This document shows positions 62,120-64,000 of a DNA stretch of 64,000 bases, piece after piece. Location: positions 310,001-374,000 of the forward strand of contig NW_026515670.1 in assembly GCF_025526975.1 (NCBI RefSeq). The letters run 5' to 3'. Every line of letters starts with the position of its first letter. Positions within the stretch are counted from its first letter, which is position 1. The notes under the pieces are model-generated. The model had not been told where the DNA came from and ran no database searches. It saw nothing but the letters and a program-made list of their open reading frames with translations. The translations under genes were made by a program, and so were the position numbers. The DNA comes from Fimicolochytrium jonesii. Its lineage: Eukaryota.

Positions 62120-64000
62120 CTATTTATGCAGTTCCGAAGAGGGGGAATTCCCTTGGGTTCTGGGCGTTCTCTCCCTTCTGTCCTGCTGAGCATTCTCTTG
62201 CTGCACGTCTTGCTCCCGCTGGGCTGCTGGGTACTCCACCGACGTGGAAGATGCCAGTTGGTCCGCGGTTGCGTGCTTTTTTGCCCATTTTTTTTCCTCA
62301 TTCCCTGCTCCTGTGCCAACCAGCTGACCCTTTGTCCCTCCTTTGTTCTGCCTCCGCCCTGCGGCCTCTGTGGTATCCCCGCTCTTATCTCCTCCCCTTT
62401 TTTGAGACTTCTGCGTGGATTGTCTCGTGGTGTGGCGTAATTGCGTGCTGTCATCGCCGGTCTCGGTGTCCGCCGTAGGTGATTCGTCCCCAATGGTGAT
62501 GCCGTTTGCGCGACAGTACGTATCCAGTAGCTCCTGGCCTCCGAAGTCCGAGAGTACCACCCAGCTGTCGTGCCCAGTGTTCCAGTTTTTCCAGTGGACT
62601 TTGAATTCCCATTTCCCGTTGTTGCCCTGATGGTGGTCAACGATCTTCTTGACCTCCCATTCATCCTCAACAATGCCATCAGAGCCTTCCGAGTCCGTGT
62701 CCGGGTCAAGCCCTCGCTTCTTCAGTTCGTGGGACGTCCCATACGTTCTAGGCCTGAATGGCGTCTTCTTCAGGACTCGAGCTGTCGCTGTCTGTGCCAA
62801 TTGAGCTGTCGAAACTTCCTCTTTGTCCATCTCAATTAGCTCCGTCGGGTCCAGCGGTCGTCTGGCTGTGAATGGTCGCATGCGTCGGATATGGGCTGTC
62901 CGGTAGATGACTTCCACAGGCGAGACGAGTTCCATAAGCTTGTAGGTGTGGCCGGTGCCGCCGACACCTACTACCCGGTGTGGTCCACTCCATTTGGCAG
63001 CGAACTTCTTGATGGCCGTCGCATTTTCCACATCGGTCGACTTGCGAAACTGAGGAATTGCCAGCCAGACTCGTTCTCCTAGCTGGTAGCTTGTCTTCTC
63101 GGAGTTCTTGTCGTACCACACCTTTTGTCGTGCTTGGGCTTTGGCGACGTTCTCCTTGGCCAAATCCCATGCAATCTGCAGGCGCCTGACAATCTCCGCT
63201 CGCAAGTCCCCGACCGGCATTGCTCCTTTCCCAATCGACCCCCATGGCTCCGTTGGCGTGTGGGATTTCTCCCACAAGAACCCCGGCATCTGGGGGTCGC
63301 GTCCGAACATCAGGTAGAATGGCAGCTCCAAAGTCGATGATTGCATCATGGTCCGATGAGCGAACAAGATGTACGGAAGTTGTCGGTCCTAGTCGTGGTG
63401 GGTGTACTCGTTCACGTAGGTCTGGATCATCTTCGAGAGCGTCTTGATTGTGTTCTCCGCAAGCCCATTGGATGGTGGGTGGTAGGGCGACGCTAATGCT
63501 GGGGCAGCCCCCAGTAGTTTCAGGAGAGCCTTCTGAACCTCGCTCGTGAAGGGCTGTCCACAGTCCGACGTTATCACTCCGGGGACCCCGAAGATGGTGA
63601 ATACATGCTCCATAAGTGCCCGGGCAACCGTGTACGCCTTTGCGTCCTTCAATGGAATTGCGAAGCAGAATTTGCTGGCGTAGTTGATGACAACGAGTAC
63701 GTATTTGAACTTCGTATTCCTTGTAGCCGGCAAAGGTCCGAGCGAGTCCATTCCGACCCGCCACCACACGTCTCCAATGACAATTGGGTCCATCTCTCCT
63801 CCTCTCGCAGACTTTGGCATTTCCGGCTTGTGCTGATTGCATTTGACGCAACTGGCAAGGGGATTGATCATGTCCGCCACGCATTCCGGCCACCAGAAGG
63901 ACTGTTGGAGTCTGCTGAAGGTTTTGTCTCTGCCCAGATGTCCTGCCAACAGGTCGTCGTGGCAGAGCTCCAGGCATTGTCATCGCAATTTGGCCGGTAC
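62120..64000 (-). mobile_element. Ty3/gypsy pol 3' part: integrase (HHCC, DDE, GPY/F) + chromodomain; premature stop at 63389-63391
   Basis: HDDLLAGH..CVKC, VGMD..ITSD..NGLAE, KWSGPH, EWEVKKIVDH..FKVHWKNW..DSW; TAG where the D-W-D Trp is expected. Confidence 0.95.

Noticed and set aside
61519..62709. 396-aa ORF overlapping the integrase tail
   Set aside because: The portion upstream of ATG 61992 is an alternative frame of pol; only the part from 61992 fits the cargo gene.
63389..63391. Programmed stop read-through in integrase
   Set aside because: The TAG replaces a normally conserved Trp in an element with many other lesions; simple decay explains it.

Overview
GC-rich, intron-containing eukaryotic DNA, most likely a zoosporic (chytrid-type) fungus (short GT-AG introns with CTAAC/CTGAC branch points, fungal-type genes, plus an ATAT1/MEC-17 tubulin acetyltransferase). 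Bases 1-56.8 kb hold about 20 host genes: a RING protein, twin-CX9C MIX14-like, BRD8-like, ATAT1, F-box, a La-motif/Gemin8-like fusion, a probable pseudo-esterase, SF3B1, a NOP15 relic, RRP45, Nrd1/Seb1, a divergent alpha-dioxygenase / catalase-like pair, reticulon, Psh1-like, MGST3, AidB-like acyl-CoA dehydrogenase, MFS transporter, Ran1-family kinase and a multicopper oxidase. The last 7 kb is a three-layer retroelement nest. (1) A + strand LTR element (5' LTR, tRNA-Pro PBS) is interrupted by (2) a - strand Ty3/gypsy chromovirus. Between its chromo-integrase and its 3' LTR the chromovirus carries a decayed extra ORF that reconstructs by hand to a PHD finger fused to a TET/JBP-like 2OG-Fe(II) dioxygenase. 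That ORF is interrupted by (3) a 509-bp TRIM whose two 162-bp LTRs are built around a tRNA-Glu(CTC)-derived Pol III promoter. All family calls come from motif recognition by eye; no database searches were run.
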